Shown in pieces: positions 37,539 to 49,200 of a stretch of 64,000 nucleotides of DNA. Origin of the DNA: an uncultured bacterium (GTDB lineage Bacteria; UBP14; UBA6098; B30-G16); assembly GCA_965552135.1 (NCBI GenBank), contig CBEVQY010000011.1, positions 864 through 64,863 on the forward strand. Direction: 5' to 3'. The stretch's first letter is position 1; each line of letters begins with the position of its first letter. Under the pieces are notes generated by a model. It saw nothing but the letters and a program-made list of their open reading frames with translations, was not told the DNA's origin and searched no databases. A program made the translations under genes and the position numbers.

Positions 37539-40500
37539 ATGAGACGGTGGGCTTTTGGGGTTTTTGTTGTTTTGTTTGTTTTGGGCGTTGCCGGTGCGGG
37601 CTATTGGGAGGATTACGGTCTGCGTGCCGTTGAGTATGTGACTGATCCGAGCACGCCCACCATCGGTTCACAAACCGGTCTTCTGGATCCTCTTACTGGG
37701 CTTGTTTGGGTTGAGGATTGGGGTTCTTTCCCTGCCGACACGCCCCGCGTTCAGAACGATTCTGTGGCGGGTACTTACAACGGCAGCTTTTTCTACAACA
37801 CTGCGGTGGTCGTTTTGGGTGAGGGTGCCACGGGGATCTCGACGGCTCTGGGGCATCTTGCGGTAAACTACGTCTTCCACGGCAGGGAGGATGCTGCAGA
37901 CAGCCTCGACTTCCCCGGCGCTGGTTCGGGCATTGAGCCTTGGTGGAGCAGGACGGTGCCGTTCTACAACGGATATTTCGATTTCCCAACCCGTCTGCTT
38001 GTGCCCGACGCCGCCTTCTGGAACAGGAACCCCGCCATCTCCGACTGGCCCTCGGACACGGATGAGGTCACCCTCGAGTGGATGCTTTGGGACGCCATCT
38101 ACCTCGTCTACAGCGGCGACCCGTTCTACCAGGACGAGGTCGACTCGATAATAGCGGGCATTATGGCAAGCCCGTGGTGGGATCCAACAGACAGCATCCT
38201 CCTTTCGGGGGCGCCTGATCCGTATCTCACATCCCTTTGGCTTATTCTGCTTGCCAAGTACAACGAGGTTTACGGCACGACATCCCTTCTGCGCACCACC
38301 GCTGAGGGTGACTATACGCCCGACCTTGACTACAGCTTTTACAGGCGGCTTGCGGAGAAGGCGGCGGAGTATCTTCACACAGACGGGATGAACTATCTCG
38401 TCACCAACTACGGCTCCGATGGTTGGCGCGCCTTGGGCGCGAAGGATGCCGCAGAAGGGCTTGAGAACTACGAGGCTTTGGCGTTCCTTATGGCTTTCTC
38501 CCTCGTGCACGACACCACAAACGCCTACTTCACCTTTGCCACCTACGTTCTCGACGCCGGCGCCGACAACGACGACGAGCCATGGGGGTTTGTCGCCAAC
38601 ATCGGCACCTACGCCGCAAGCCTTGGACCCGTGTACTTCCCACTCACCGATAACTGCTTCGACGGGATGTTCACCATCCTTGCGCTGAAGGAGTATCACG
38701 ATTTCGTTTTGCCCTTCGATTTCGACGAGGCGGACACCTGCGCCGACTGGATTCGCGAGATAGCCGAAAGCCTTGTTGTCAAGTACTGGGCGGACAGCGC
38801 GGGCAGGTTCATCCACGACCCGCACACGCTCACAATAGTTCCCACAAACGGCATCGCCGGCTATTCGATGCTCCAGGTGCCGAGGCTTGAGATAGTTGAC
38901 GTTGTCTCTGACCTCCCCAACGTTGGTCCTGGCGCGCCTGGTCCGGACTACTACGCCAACCGCGGGCAGAACCACACCGTTTCGGTCACCGTCGTTGCCC
39001 ATCACACCATAGCGAGCAACGAAGACACCCTTTGGCTCTACCGCACCGATTGCTTCGGTGGTCCTGCGCCCTTCACGTGGCAGGCTCTGCCCGATATGTC
39101 CCCCGGCGATACCGTTGTTCTGAGCTTTGCGGTGACGGAGCCTATGTGCGTCACCACGCCGGCGAACGACCACATTCAGGCTGTTTTGAACGGTCCACAC
39201 ACGTCGGGCTACAGCGTTGTGGACGACGACATAACGATTGAGGTCGATGCGCCTGCGCAGCTTAACGTCGACGACGTCTACGCCGTCGCCGACACGCTCG
39301 GGGTGGGGTACATGGAGCCGTACTTCACCATGGGTCAGCTCTTCTGGCTTGCGGTCGACGTTACGAACAACGGCGACGCAACCGTAAGGGACGTATCCTT
39401 CGACCTCACAAGCTCGAGCATCTACGGCTGCGCATCGAGCTTCGACCCTACCTACACCTTCGCCGACGTGAACATTCCCGCAGGGGGCAGCGCCACCTTC
39501 TACCTCCCCATAACCGCTGATCCCGACGATCACGGCGTCGTCGGCACCGACGACGAGGTGTTCACAGTTGCCGCAAGCGGCGTCGATATGAACACATCGG
39601 GACCTTGCTCGGTAACATACACCGACGACGACGACTCCATAGGCATCGTTATGCCGCCCTCGCTGAGGGTGATAGGCTGGGAGAGCTGGGCTTTGGGCTA
39701 CACCGCCGACGGCGTGCCCTGGGTTAGCGCCGATATGTTCAGCGAGTACATCGTTTGGGTTGTCTCCGACTCCGGCGACTACGCCGTCGCCGACTCGCTC
39801 TGGGAGTACGCCTCGGGGCTCGACTTCTTCTCGGGGATGTTCGACAACATGGTCGTCGTGCTCTTCGATATTATGAACCCCTCTTTCGTCACCGTCGATA
39901 CCGCTGCACCTGGCGATACGGTTGGGTTCGACTTCTGGATTTGGGCGACCAGCCCCATCGATGAGGACACCGCCGATATGGCGTTTTACGCCCACTTCCA
40001 CGACGCAAACGTCTGGACGGCGCCGGAGCCTCCCACAAGTCCCGTTGTGGACACGCTTCTGCACGCCATCGCTGTGGATGTTACTGATCCCGTTGTGTCC
40101 CCTGTGGCGCCGGCGGGGTCCGGTGATCCCTGGCCTGCGGACGACACCATCAGGGTCACCGCAACCGATAACTTCTCCGGCGTTGCCGAGGTCCGCGGGT
40201 ACATCGTGCGGGCGGACTACAGCCAGTACTGGATCCCGGACGGCTGGGGCGGATGGATGTGGGATCCGAGCTACGACGAGTTCGCGTTCGAGTACGACAC
40301 GCTCGACAACTGGAAGCTTGAGATCTATGAGCCCACGGGCGGATACAACTACTACATCGTCCTTTGGGCTGTCGACAGCGCCGGAAACACAAGCGATACC
40401 GTCCGCATTGCCAGAGGGTCGGTGGCTTACCTCAACATCTACGACGTGATAACCGGTCTTGTGAAGGAGGTTGATCCGGGCGAGAAGTGGGAGGCAGACT

Positions 40501-43500
40501 GGCAGCATTTCTACACCTGCTCCGTTCAGGTATACAACCCCAACTCCTTCGATCTTACCCGCGTCACGATAGGTTTGCGCTCGAGCTCTCCGTGGGTACA
40601 GATCTGGACGACGACGAATCCCAGCTGGGAGTACGAGGTCAACTACCTCACAGTTGCGAACATCCCCGCAGGGGCGCATGTGTGGCTCGAGTTTGAGGTT
40701 TGCGAGGCATCGTACAACTTCACCGACACGCTTGTGGCTTTCCTCTACCAGGCTGACCCGGGACCTTCGGGCGAGGCTGTGGGTCAGCAGGTAGTGGACG
40801 ACGATGCCTTTGTTGTGGTTGAGCGTCCTGCTATGGTGCTTGTGGAGAGCACTTGGGTTGATCCCTCCGATGCGCCCGTTTCCGTGGAGGATACGAACCT
40901 CGTCACCCAGCGCCAGCCGTTCACGCTTTGGGTCAGGGTTTGCCGCGGCGGCAGGGACGAGATCGACTCTGTGGGCATAGCGGTGCGAAACGGAGATATC
41001 CTCAAGTGCCAGAACCTGAGCGATACCTCCGTCGTCCTCTATCACTCCGACTTCACGACGATGTCCGTTACGTCCACAGACTTCTCCGGCAGCGACACGC
41101 TCTGGTGCGTCGACCTTCCGTTCGAGTACGTAGCCGACACCACCGACTTCGGCAACTGCAACGCAAGGCTTATGGAGGATGCGTTCCTGTCGGGCATTTG
41201 GTTCGTCGACTTCGACAACTGGATATACGACAGAACCAACGTTTCGATAGCTCAGCTTTACTACGACGACACCCTTGCCTACGTTTCGGTTCTTGAGCCG
41301 CCGCGCCTCGACATAGTTACCGCTGGCCTGAGCGGATATCAGGATACCTACACCGGGCGCTTCTGGATCAACAGCTGGGACACGCTTTTGGTCTGGGTTG
41401 AGGTTGGAAATCTTGTTTCTTCGTGTCCCGACGACGGTCGTGCCACAGCCGACAGCCTGGATGTGTACCCGATGCCTCTTGCCCTCTTCGATGCCTCGTG
41501 GACCGATATCGGCAACGGCATTGCCGGGCTTGACGCCCCTTACCTGCGCCCCGACACGCTCTACCCCGGTCAGGACTCGATGCTTGTGTACAAACTCTAC
41601 TGGGACGGGGCTACGCCGGTGTACGAGGGCTACGTCGGCTACGTCGTCGATACCGTCTACTTCCACGATATGAACTGGGCATCGCAGAGCTATCCTGCGC
41701 CTTGGCTCTTTGTCGATACGACCAGCTCGGGCGATACCGTTTGGATATCGGCTGAGATGGACACCATTTCCAAGTTCTTCCTGTTCGGCGTTGGGATAGA
41801 CGTAACAAAGCCTGTGGTGGACGTCTACGCGCCTTCGCCTGTGATGTACTCCTCGTGGACGTGGCCCGACAGCACCAAGATGCTTGCCACCGATAACTTC
41901 TCGGGCGTGGTTGTGAACTCCGTCGTGTGCCAGATAACTGATCCTGCGGGCAACTACTGGAACGGCACGAGCTGGCAGGTTTCGCCGGTTTGGCTTACGA
42001 CGGTGCATTTGGGCGGCGACACCTTCGCCTACGAACTGCCGGATGTGGCTGACCTTATCTACGATGGCTACTACACCGTCATAGCCCGCTGCAGCGACGT
42101 TGCCGGCAACGAAAGCGACGTCGATACCCTCAGGTTCCTGTACGACTCCACCAACCCCATCGCCGTCATAGACATCCCCGAGGACAGCATGTTCTTCAAC
42201 TGCACGGATTGGGGCGGCACGATAAGGGTTCACGCCTGGGATACCGTTGGCGGCGTGTACGATGTCTCCGGCGTGCGCAAGGTGTACATCGCGATAGAGG
42301 ATACCGTCAGGCACCTTTGGTGGAACGCCGCGACCTCGAGCTGGGACGTCTCAGCCACATGGATTTGGAACGAGATGACCTACGCGGGCGGCGAGATCTG
42401 GGAGTTCAGCGGATACACCCCGCCTGCGCCGTCGTATGTGTTCAGGCTCTGGACCTTCGCCGACGACAACGTGCTCAACTACGACGGACCGACGGACACC
42501 TCCCTGTTCGTCCTCGACTGTCAGGCGCCCCACTCCTACATAACCGACTACTGGTGGACCGACACACCGCCTGCATACAGCTACTTCAACGACACCCTCT
42601 GGACGAGCTACATGGGCGATGAGATCACGGGCTACGTGATAGACACCATAACCGCCGTAGACGACGTAAGGCTTGCCATCTACAGCGAGCTTGACGGCAT
42701 GTGGTGGGACGATGAGGTTGGCGCGTTTACGTCGGATGTGCCCGTTTGGTTCCAGCCCGATTGGCTCTGGAGCAGCTGGTGGTCTGCCGCCGATATGCCC
42801 GCTTTGCCCGATACGTTCAGCCTTGGCGAGTTCTTCCCGGGCTACAACCTGCACATAGTCGACACCCTCTGGTGGCATTACTTCTGGACGCCGCCTGCAA
42901 GCGGCTGCTACACCGTTTACGTCCGCGCCGTCGACGACCTGCAGAACTACGAGGCGGGAAGCGGCTGGGACACCACGGGCGCGACGGAATACAACACCTG
43001 GTCCTTCGCCTACGACAACACGGGTCCCGAGGTCCTCTACGCCTATCGCCCCGCAGACGGCGAGGTCATAACCCATCTTGATGAGTGGTGGGACACCCTT
43101 TGGGTTGCCGTTTTGGACACCTATCCCAGCTGCGGCGCCGTCGGTACCAACGACATCGACTCGGTCAAGATATCGATCCAGCACCTTATGGGCGGCATAC
43201 CGTACTGGTGGAACGGCACGAGCTGGAGCACAAGCTGGAGCTGGGTCGATATGACGCCCACGGGCGGTATGCTCTGGTACTACTACTTGCCGAGAATCGT
43301 TCTTGAGAGCGGTACCTACAACGTCCAGGTCAGGGCGTGGGATGTGTTCGGCAACCTGAAGGAGTATTACTACAACTTCACCATCTTCGGCATGACGGGG
43401 TATTTGACGATAGAGCCTTTGTGGGATCCTGTGTTTGTGGGCGAGCCGTTCCCTGTGGTTGTGACGGCGCTCAACTCCCCGGGCGACACGAACACAAGCT

Positions 43501-45524
43501 TTGCGTACGGTCTTGAGTTCGGTTCGACCTTCGGCGATCCCGACTGCATCGACCTGCCAAGCTACCCCTACTACCTCACCTACGGCTGCGATACGATCTG
43601 GGTTACGGCGAGCTGTCCGCAGCTTGGGCTTGTGTTGTGGGTCGACGCGCCCGGCTCGGGCTACGACGAGGGAACGTCCGCACCGTTCGATGTGGTATCG
43701 CCGCTTGACGAGAGCATCTACGCCGAGGTGTACGACAACCCCGACGATCAGGGCGATACCCTGTGGCTTGTCCACACCCGCTCGAGGAACGACCTGCTCT
43801 ACGAGGGCGCCGACATCGACACGCTGACGACCTACGTGGTCGAGTACACCTACTGGGTCGACACCGACCTCGGGCCGGATACGAACTGGGTGCAGATCTT
43901 CCCGATCTTCCAGTACGAGAGCGGCGACACGCTGTTCTTCAAGGTCACCAACTTCGGCGACTTCAACGCCTACCGCAGGAGCATAATCATCCACGGCAGG
44001 ACGAAGGGCGTGACGCCCGTTGACCTTTACTCCTCGAGGATACTCATTGAACCTGTGGCGCCTGTGGACAATGTGCCTCCTGCGGCGGTATCGGACCTCA
44101 GGATCCAGCAGTCCGGCGGCAACGCGCACCTGTGGTGGGATGAAGTTACCACTGGCGTCGACGGCTCGCCCGAGATAGCGCCTGCCGAAAACATCGTCTA
44201 CTACGTCTTCCGCAGCGTTGGCAACCCGTACGACATCTCGACGTACACCTTCCTGGGGATGACCGACGTTCCCGCCTACGACGATCCGCTGCCCGCTTCG
44301 CCTGTGGCGCAGCCAACCTACTACTTCGTCCTCGCATACGACCACAACTACAACCAGAGCGACACATCGGAGATAGTTGGTCGCACAAGCTACGAGTTCG
44401 GCGTTGGTTGGTCGCAGATAGCCGTTCCGTTCGACGTGGAGTACGGTTCCGAGCCGCTTTTGGCATCTGAGCTTGACTCGTACCTCGGCTCTGCCGGCAT
44501 CGTTGCGATGTATCGCTACCAGAGCGGTCACTGGACGCCCGCGTACATCGAGGGGTCGTTCAACAGCGTGATCTCCGAGGGCAGCGAGGCGCTCACCGTC
44601 TACGGCTTTACCGCCACAACGCTTTCGCTGTGCGGTGACCTCATGCCCGCGCCTGTGTTCTCGTTCGAGCACGGGTGGAACCAGTTCTTCCTGCCGCTCG
44701 ACAGGCTCGATATAGGTGACGCGATAGACCTTATGAACAGCATCGACGCTTCGGTTGGGTGTCTCAGCGTTGCCCACAGGATCCCCGGCGGCGGCTGGCA
44801 GCAGCTTGTTGAGATAGGCGGCGTCTACTACGGGAACTTCGACGTTTACGTTGGTCAGGCGTACATGGCTTGGGCGACCTCTGCGGGCAACTGGCCGCCC
44901 AGCAAGGGATACGGCTTTGGCTCGATCGTTCCCGCTGGTCAGCCCGCGGATGCCCTGCCGCTTCCGAAGGCTCTGGTGGGCGATATCGAGGGCGCCTGGG
45001 AGCCCGTGCACTTCAAGCTCACCACCAAGGACGGACAAGTTCTCGTGACGGACGACGATCCCGGCTGCGCCGTCTACGACGGCAAGTTCATCGTGCAGGT
45101 GGGCAACATCGACTGGAGCGTGGGCGACGAGTACGTCCTTGTGCTCTACGCCGACGGCGGCGATGCGGTTGAGATCCCTGTGGTCGTCGACGGCTCACCC
45201 GCGCAGTACCTCGGCAAGTACCACCTTGCCGATGTGGCTTTGCCCGCTGCGTTTGCGCTGTACGGCGCTCGACCCAACCCCTTCAACGCCGCCACACAGA
45301 TACGCTTCGACGTGCCCAGCGATTGCAGGGTCACCGTCGAGGTCTACGACGTGGACGGTCGCAGGGTTGCCACGCTGGTCGACGGCGCTGTTGAGGCGGG
45401 AACACATTCGGTTGTGTGGCGCGGCACCGACGACGACGGAAATGACCTGCCCGGCGGAGTCTACTTCTGCAGAATGAAGGCTGAGGGCTTCTCTGCTGTG
45501 GAGAAGATTCTGTTCGTGAAGTAG
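37539..45524 (+). CDS. Giant secreted multidomain adhesin-like protein (2661 aa) with Big_5/SbsA-like Ig repeats and T9SS type-A CTD
   Basis: An AAGGAGGAG SD precedes the ATG. The signal peptide is MRRWAFGVFVVLFVLGVAGA. It has at least four ~110 aa repeats of the form 'D.T.P.V...ATDNFSGV...YWNGTSW...D.AGN.SD'. The C-terminus is 'ARPNPFNAATQIRFDVPSDCRVTVEVYDVDGRRV...GVYFCRMKAEGFSAVEKILFVK'. Confidence 0.8.
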   Translation: MRRWAFGVFVVLFVLGVAGAGYWEDYGLRAVEYVTDPSTPTIGSQTGLLDPLTGLVWVEDWGSFPADTPRVQNDSVAGTYNGSFFYNTAVVVLGEGATGISTALGHLAVNYVFHGREDAADSLDFPGAGSGIEPWWSRTVPFYNGYFDFPTRLLVPDAAFWNRNPAISDWPSDTDEVTLEWMLWDAIYLVYSGDPFYQDEVDSIIAGIMASPWWDPTDSILLSGAPDPYLTSLWLILLAKYNEVYGTTSLLRTTAEGDYTPDLDYSFYRRLAEKAAEYLHTDGMNYLVTNYGSDGWRALGAKDAAEGLENYEALAFLMAFSLVHDTTNAYFTFATYVLDAGADNDDEPWGFVANIGTYAASLGPVYFPLTDNCFDGMFTILALKEYHDFVLPFDFDEADTCADWIREIAESLVVKYWADSAGRFIHDPHTLTIVPTNGIAGYSMLQVPRLEIVDVVSDLPNVGPGAPGPDYYANRGQNHTVSVTVVAHHTIASNEDTLWLYRTDCFGGPAPFTWQALPDMSPGDTVVLSFAVTEPMCVTTPANDHIQAVLNGPHTSGYSVVDDDITIEVDAPAQLNVDDVYAVADTLGVGYMEPYFTMGQLFWLAVDVTNNGDATVRDVSFDLTSSSIYGCASSFDPTYTFADVNIPAGGSATFYLPITADPDDHGVVGTDDEVFTVAASGVDMNTSGPCSVTYTDDDDSIGIVMPPSLRVIGWESWALGYTADGVPWVSADMFSEYIVWVVSDSGDYAVADSLWEYASGLDFFSGMFDNMVVVLFDIMNPSFVTVDTAAPGDTVGFDFWIWATSPIDEDTADMAFYAHFHDANVWTAPEPPTSPVVDTLLHAIAVDVTDPVVSPVAPAGSGDPWPADDTIRVTATDNFSGVAEVRGYIVRADYSQYWIPDGWGGWMWDPSYDEFAFEYDTLDNWKLEIYEPTGGYNYYIVLWAVDSAGNTSDTVRIARGSVAYLNIYDVITGLVKEVDPGEKWEADWQHFYTCSVQVYNPNSFDLTRVTIGLRSSSPWVQIWTTTNPSWEYEVNYLTVANIPAGAHVWLEFEVCEASYNFTDTLVAFLYQADPGPSGEAVGQQVVDDDAFVVVERPAMVLVESTWVDPSDAPVSVEDTNLVTQRQPFTLWVRVCRGGRDEIDSVGIAVRNGDILKCQNLSDTSVVLYHSDFTTMSVTSTDFSGSDTLWCVDLPFEYVADTTDFGNCNARLMEDAFLSGIWFVDFDNWIYDRTNVSIAQLYYDDTLAYVSVLEPPRLDIVTAGLSGYQDTYTGRFWINSWDTLLVWVEVGNLVSSCPDDGRATADSLDVYPMPLALFDASWTDIGNGIAGLDAPYLRPDTLYPGQDSMLVYKLYWDGATPVYEGYVGYVVDTVYFHDMNWASQSYPAPWLFVDTTSSGDTVWISAEMDTISKFFLFGVGIDVTKPVVDVYAPSPVMYSSWTWPDSTKMLATDNFSGVVVNSVVCQITDPAGNYWNGTSWQVSPVWLTTVHLGGDTFAYELPDVADLIYDGYYTVIARCSDVAGNESDVDTLRFLYDSTNPIAVIDIPEDSMFFNCTDWGGTIRVHAWDTVGGVYDVSGVRKVYIAIEDTVRHLWWNAATSSWDVSATWIWNEMTYAGGEIWEFSGYTPPAPSYVFRLWTFADDNVLNYDGPTDTSLFVLDCQAPHSYITDYWWTDTPPAYSYFNDTLWTSYMGDEITGYVIDTITAVDDVRLAIYSELDGMWWDDEVGAFTSDVPVWFQPDWLWSSWWSAADMPALPDTFSLGEFFPGYNLHIVDTLWWHYFWTPPASGCYTVYVRAVDDLQNYEAGSGWDTTGATEYNTWSFAYDNTGPEVLYAYRPADGEVITHLDEWWDTLWVAVLDTYPSCGAVGTNDIDSVKISIQHLMGGIPYWWNGTSWSTSWSWVDMTPTGGMLWYYYLPRIVLESGTYNVQVRAWDVFGNLKEYYYNFTIFGMTGYLTIEPLWDPVFVGEPFPVVVTALNSPGDTNTSFAYGLEFGSTFGDPDCIDLPSYPYYLTYGCDTIWVTASCPQLGLVLWVDAPGSGYDEGTSAPFDVVSPLDESIYAEVYDNPDDQGDTLWLVHTRSRNDLLYEGADIDTLTTYVVEYTYWVDTDLGPDTNWVQIFPIFQYESGDTLFFKVTNFGDFNAYRRSIIIHGRTKGVTPVDLYSSRILIEPVAPVDNVPPAAVSDLRIQQSGGNAHLWWDEVTTGVDGSPEIAPAENIVYYVFRSVGNPYDISTYTFLGMTDVPAYDDPLPASPVAQPTYYFVLAYDHNYNQSDTSEIVGRTSYEFGVGWSQIAVPFDVEYGSEPLLASELDSYLGSAGIVAMYRYQSGHWTPAYIEGSFNSVISEGSEALTVYGFTATTLSLCGDLMPAPVFSFEHGWNQFFLPLDRLDIGDAIDLMNSIDASVGCLSVAHRIPGGGWQQLVEIGGVYYGNFDVYVGQAYMAWATSAGNWPPSKGYGFGSIVPAGQPADALPLPKALVGDIEGAWEPVHFKLTTKDGQVLVTDDDPGCAVYDGKFIVQVGNIDWSVGDEYVLVLYADGGDAVEIPVVVDGSPAQYLGKYHLADVALPAAFALYGARPNPFNAATQIRFDVPSDCRVTVEVYDVDGRRVATLVDGAVEAGTHSVVWRGTDDDGNDLPGGVYFCRMKAEGFSAVEKILFVK

Positions 45525-45532
45525 AGAGTCTG

Positions 45533-45563
45533 TGAGGGGGAGGGCTTGGCGCTCTCCCCCTCA
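45533..45563 (+). terminator. Stable GC-rich hairpin (10-bp stem TGAGGGGGAG/CTCCCCCTCA, 11-nt loop) immediately after giant gene 1; possible terminator/attenuator
   Basis: Direct reading shows a perfect inverted repeat. It is followed by AAAAGC rather than a T-run, so intrinsic-terminator function is uncertain. Confidence 0.35.
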
Positions 45564-45582
45564 AAAGCGCAAGGAGGGCGCG

Positions 45583-46230
45583 ATGAGGAAGGCGGGCTTG
45601 GCTTTGGTTTTTTCGCTGTTTGTTTTGGTTTTTGGTCAGGGTACGCCCCACACCTTCACCGGTCACGTTTTTAACGGCTGCGGCACCCCTCCTGCCCCGT
45701 CTTGCCTTACCTTCATCGCCTATGTCGAGGGGAGCGTCGATACAGTGCGCTACCCCGGCGACCCGAGGGCAACTTACTCCCCCGAGCTTGGCGGCGCGTG
45801 GACAGTTACGCTCGACGCAACGGCTCTGGAGAACGGAGACCTCTTCGTCATCGTCTTCGCCAACATTTGCAGCAGCACGGCGGGAATGGACACCGCAACG
45901 GTCGATCTCTCAGGGCCGGTTCAGGACCTTGGCACAACATATCTTTCGGCAATGGGATGCGGTGAGGGTGGCAAAAAGCCCGCCCTTTCGCTTTCCGTGA
46001 CGCCAGCGGTTTCGAAGGAGGGATTTTTGATCGAGGTTTTGGGCGAGGGATTTGTCGAGGTTGAGGCGTTCAACATTTTAGGTCAGTCTTTGGGCAAGCT
46101 TTACGTTGGAAGGTGCCCCAACGGCGCATCCTTCGTTTGGAGACCTGAGGATGTTTCCGGTGGCGTTTACTTTATCAAAGCTACGGACGGCAAAAACGTT
46201 TTAGTAAGAAAGGTTTATTTCGTTCCATAG
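45583..46230 (+). CDS. Small secreted protein = shared ~100-aa N-terminal 'QG-x-PH' module fused directly to T9SS type-A CTD (215 aa)
   Basis: An AAGGAGGG SD precedes the ATG. The signal peptide is ...LVFG|QGTPHTFTGHV. The N-module is homologous to the N-termini of the next two giant genes. The C-terminus is 'VEAFNILGQSLGKLYVG...GVYFIKATDGKNVLVRKVYFVP'. Confidence 0.75.
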   Translation: MRKAGLALVFSLFVLVFGQGTPHTFTGHVFNGCGTPPAPSCLTFIAYVEGSVDTVRYPGDPRATYSPELGGAWTVTLDATALENGDLFVIVFANICSSTAGMDTATVDLSGPVQDLGTTYLSAMGCGEGGKKPALSLSVTPAVSKEGFLIEVLGEGFVEVEAFNILGQSLGKLYVGRCPNGASFVWRPEDVSGGVYFIKATDGKNVLVRKVYFVP

Positions 46231-46259
46231 GTTTGTGACATCAAACAAAGGAGGCAGAT

Positions 46260-49200
46260 ATGCGTCGGTGTGGGATTTTTGTGTTTGCGGCTTTGTTGGT
46301 TTCCGCTCTTTGGGGTCAGGGGGTTCCCCACACCCTCTCGGGAACGATTCAGCTGCAGGAGGGGATGTATCCCGAGGCGGGGTGCCTGTACATAACTGTT
46401 TCGGTTGGAGGGGACGTTTACTACATCCCCGGCGACGGCACCTACGACTCGGAAAACGGCAGATGGGTTCTGGTCGTAAGCGATGCTATTCCGGGAACTG
46501 AGGTCGTCGTCCAGGCGATAGATAGCTGCTGGTACGAGGACGGCACGATAAACGGGATGGTGTCCGACTCCTTCACCACCGATCTCGGTCTTCTTGTGCT
46601 CAGCGAGATCGAGGGCATTCGCCCCTACCTCTACGACGTCTCCGTTTCGCCCACAACGGGATACGTCGAGGATGTGTTCAGGTTCGAGGTCACCTACGAG
46701 AGTGATCCCTGGAACCGCGCTCCCTCGTTCGTTCACCTTTACATAGACGGGAGCTACTTCACCTCCGCATCCCCCGTCGATCCCGGCGACAGTGAATACC
46801 GTGACGGAGCAGACTACTTCGTCGAGTTTTCCGGAAGCCTGATCGGCAGAGGGGAACACACCTTCTTCTTCTACACCGAGGATGAGGCTGGCTTTCCTGC
46901 CTGGAGCGAGACGCTTTCGTTTGTCGTGGCGAACCATCCGCCCGTTCTGACTTCGGCTTGGCTTGAGGTAAGCCCCGAGCCGCCGACCGAGTCCTCCACG
47001 ATAACGTGCGTTGTCGGAACCGCCACCGACAGCGAGGGCGACGCCATCTCGTTCCTGTACGAGTGGTACGTCAACGGCTCCTTGGTGGGCGTTGACACAA
47101 ACTCCATCGACGGCGACTACTTCGACAAGCACGACGAGGTCTGGTGCGTCGTCACCCCGTACGACGGTCGCGACTACGGCGATCCTGTGGAGACGGAGCA
47201 CGTGATCATCGAGAACACGCCGCCCGGACCGCCGTCCATCGCCATCGATCCGCCCAGCCCGTTCGACTTCGAGGACGTGACCGCGCTTGTCGTGGTCGAT
47301 GCCCCCGACATCGACGGCGACGCTGTTTCGTACAGCTATCAGTGGCTTTTGGACGGCGCGCCTGTGGCAACGGGAAGCGTTTTGGATAACTCGCTTACGA
47401 CCACTGGTCAGAGCTGGACGCTTGTGGTCACGCCCAACGACGGCGAAGCCGACGGCGAAAGCGCCGAGCTTGAGTTCACAGTGGGCGGACCGGTCCTTTC
47501 CGACGGATATGTGTCACCGCCGAGCGGGCATCCGGGAACGACCGTGTTTACGTACTACGTCACCTACTCCAACAGCCGCAACTATCCGCCCGGCTACGTG
47601 CTTGTGGACATAGACGGCACGACGTACAACATGTATCCCGCCGACACGAGCGACGACAACTACATCGACGGCGCGGTCTACATGTATCAGACGACGCTTT
47701 CTTTGGGCAGCCACCAGTTCCGCTTCTCGGCGGTCGACGACCACGGCGACGTCGCTGTGGGGATGGAGGACTACATCTCCGGTCCCGAGATGACCAACAC
47801 GCCGCCTGTGATCGACGAGGTTTCGATAGAGCCTTCGTCGCCCACGGTGCTTGACGTTATAACCGCCTCGGTCGTTTCGTGGCACGATGACGACGGCGAT
47901 GAGGTGACCTTCACCTACAGCTGGTACGTCAACGGCACCGAGGTTCCGGGTGCGGTTTCGGCAACGCTTACGAGCGACTACTTCTCCAAGGGCGACGAGG
48001 TTTGGTGCGTGATAACGCCGCACGATCCTTACGACGACGGCGAGCCTGTGGAGACTGACCACGTCTTCGTCGTCAACGCTGCGCCTTACGCCGAGGGCGT
48101 TTCGATCGACGTTGAGCCTGCGGGCGAGGCGACGGAGCTTTCGACGCTCGTCGCCGTCGTTTCCGGCGCAGGCGACCCCGACGACGATCCACTGTCGTTT
48201 AGCTACACCTGGTACGTCAACGGCACGCCCCTCGCCCTGCCCGGAGAGACCAACTCCATCGACGGCACCTACTTCGACAGAGGCAACGACGTCTTCGTCC
48301 AGGTTGCGATCTCCGATGGCGACACCGAGATAGTCCTCACATCGGCAACAGTTACCATCGGAAACGCCCTGCCTGTGGTGGAGGACTTCGGCATAGAGCC
48401 CGAAGAGCCCTACACCGACGACGAGCTCCGCGTCCGACTCGACTACTACGACCCCGACGGCGACAGCGTGGAGGTTCAGTACCTTTGGTATCGCAACGGC
48501 GAGTTCTACGGCGAGGATCCCACCGTTTCGCCCGAGGTTACAAGCCACTTCGACGTGTGGGTTTTGGAGGTGAGGCTGCTTGACGGCTTCGTTGAGGGCG
48601 AATATGTGTCGCTTTTCGATACCGTGGAGATACAGAACTCCCTCCCCGAGGTTGGGGATTTCGTGGATACCATAACGGTTGGCGGCGCAAGCTACGTTGG
48701 TCACCTTGAGGCGAGTGATCTTGACGGCGACCCGCTTTCGTTTGCGGTGGTTGATGGACCTTCGGGCATCCACGTTGCCGCCGACGGCGCAGTGCTGTGG
48801 AACGTGCCCGAGGTCGACACCCTAACCGCGTTCGACGTCACGATAAGGGTGAGCGACGGCTACGACTACACCGACGTAAGCTTCGTGCTTTGGGTGTATC
48901 CTCTTTGGGATCCCATCTTCGCCCCCACTGATCTTGTCGCCTCTGGTGGGCACGTTGGCGTGATACCGCTTAGCTGGAATCCGCCTGCGGCGTTCTCGGA
49001 GCTGCCTTACATGCCCATCTCGTTTGTGGGCTACGAGGTTTGGCGCGCTACGAACCCCGACCCCGAGGTCGGCGACTGGACGATGCTTGCCGAAACCTTC
49101 GTGCCCAGCTATGCCGACGTCGACGTCGAGCCGTACGAGGTTTATTACTACTACGTCGTTGCGGTTTACGATTTGGGCATAGGCGCGCCATCGAACACCG

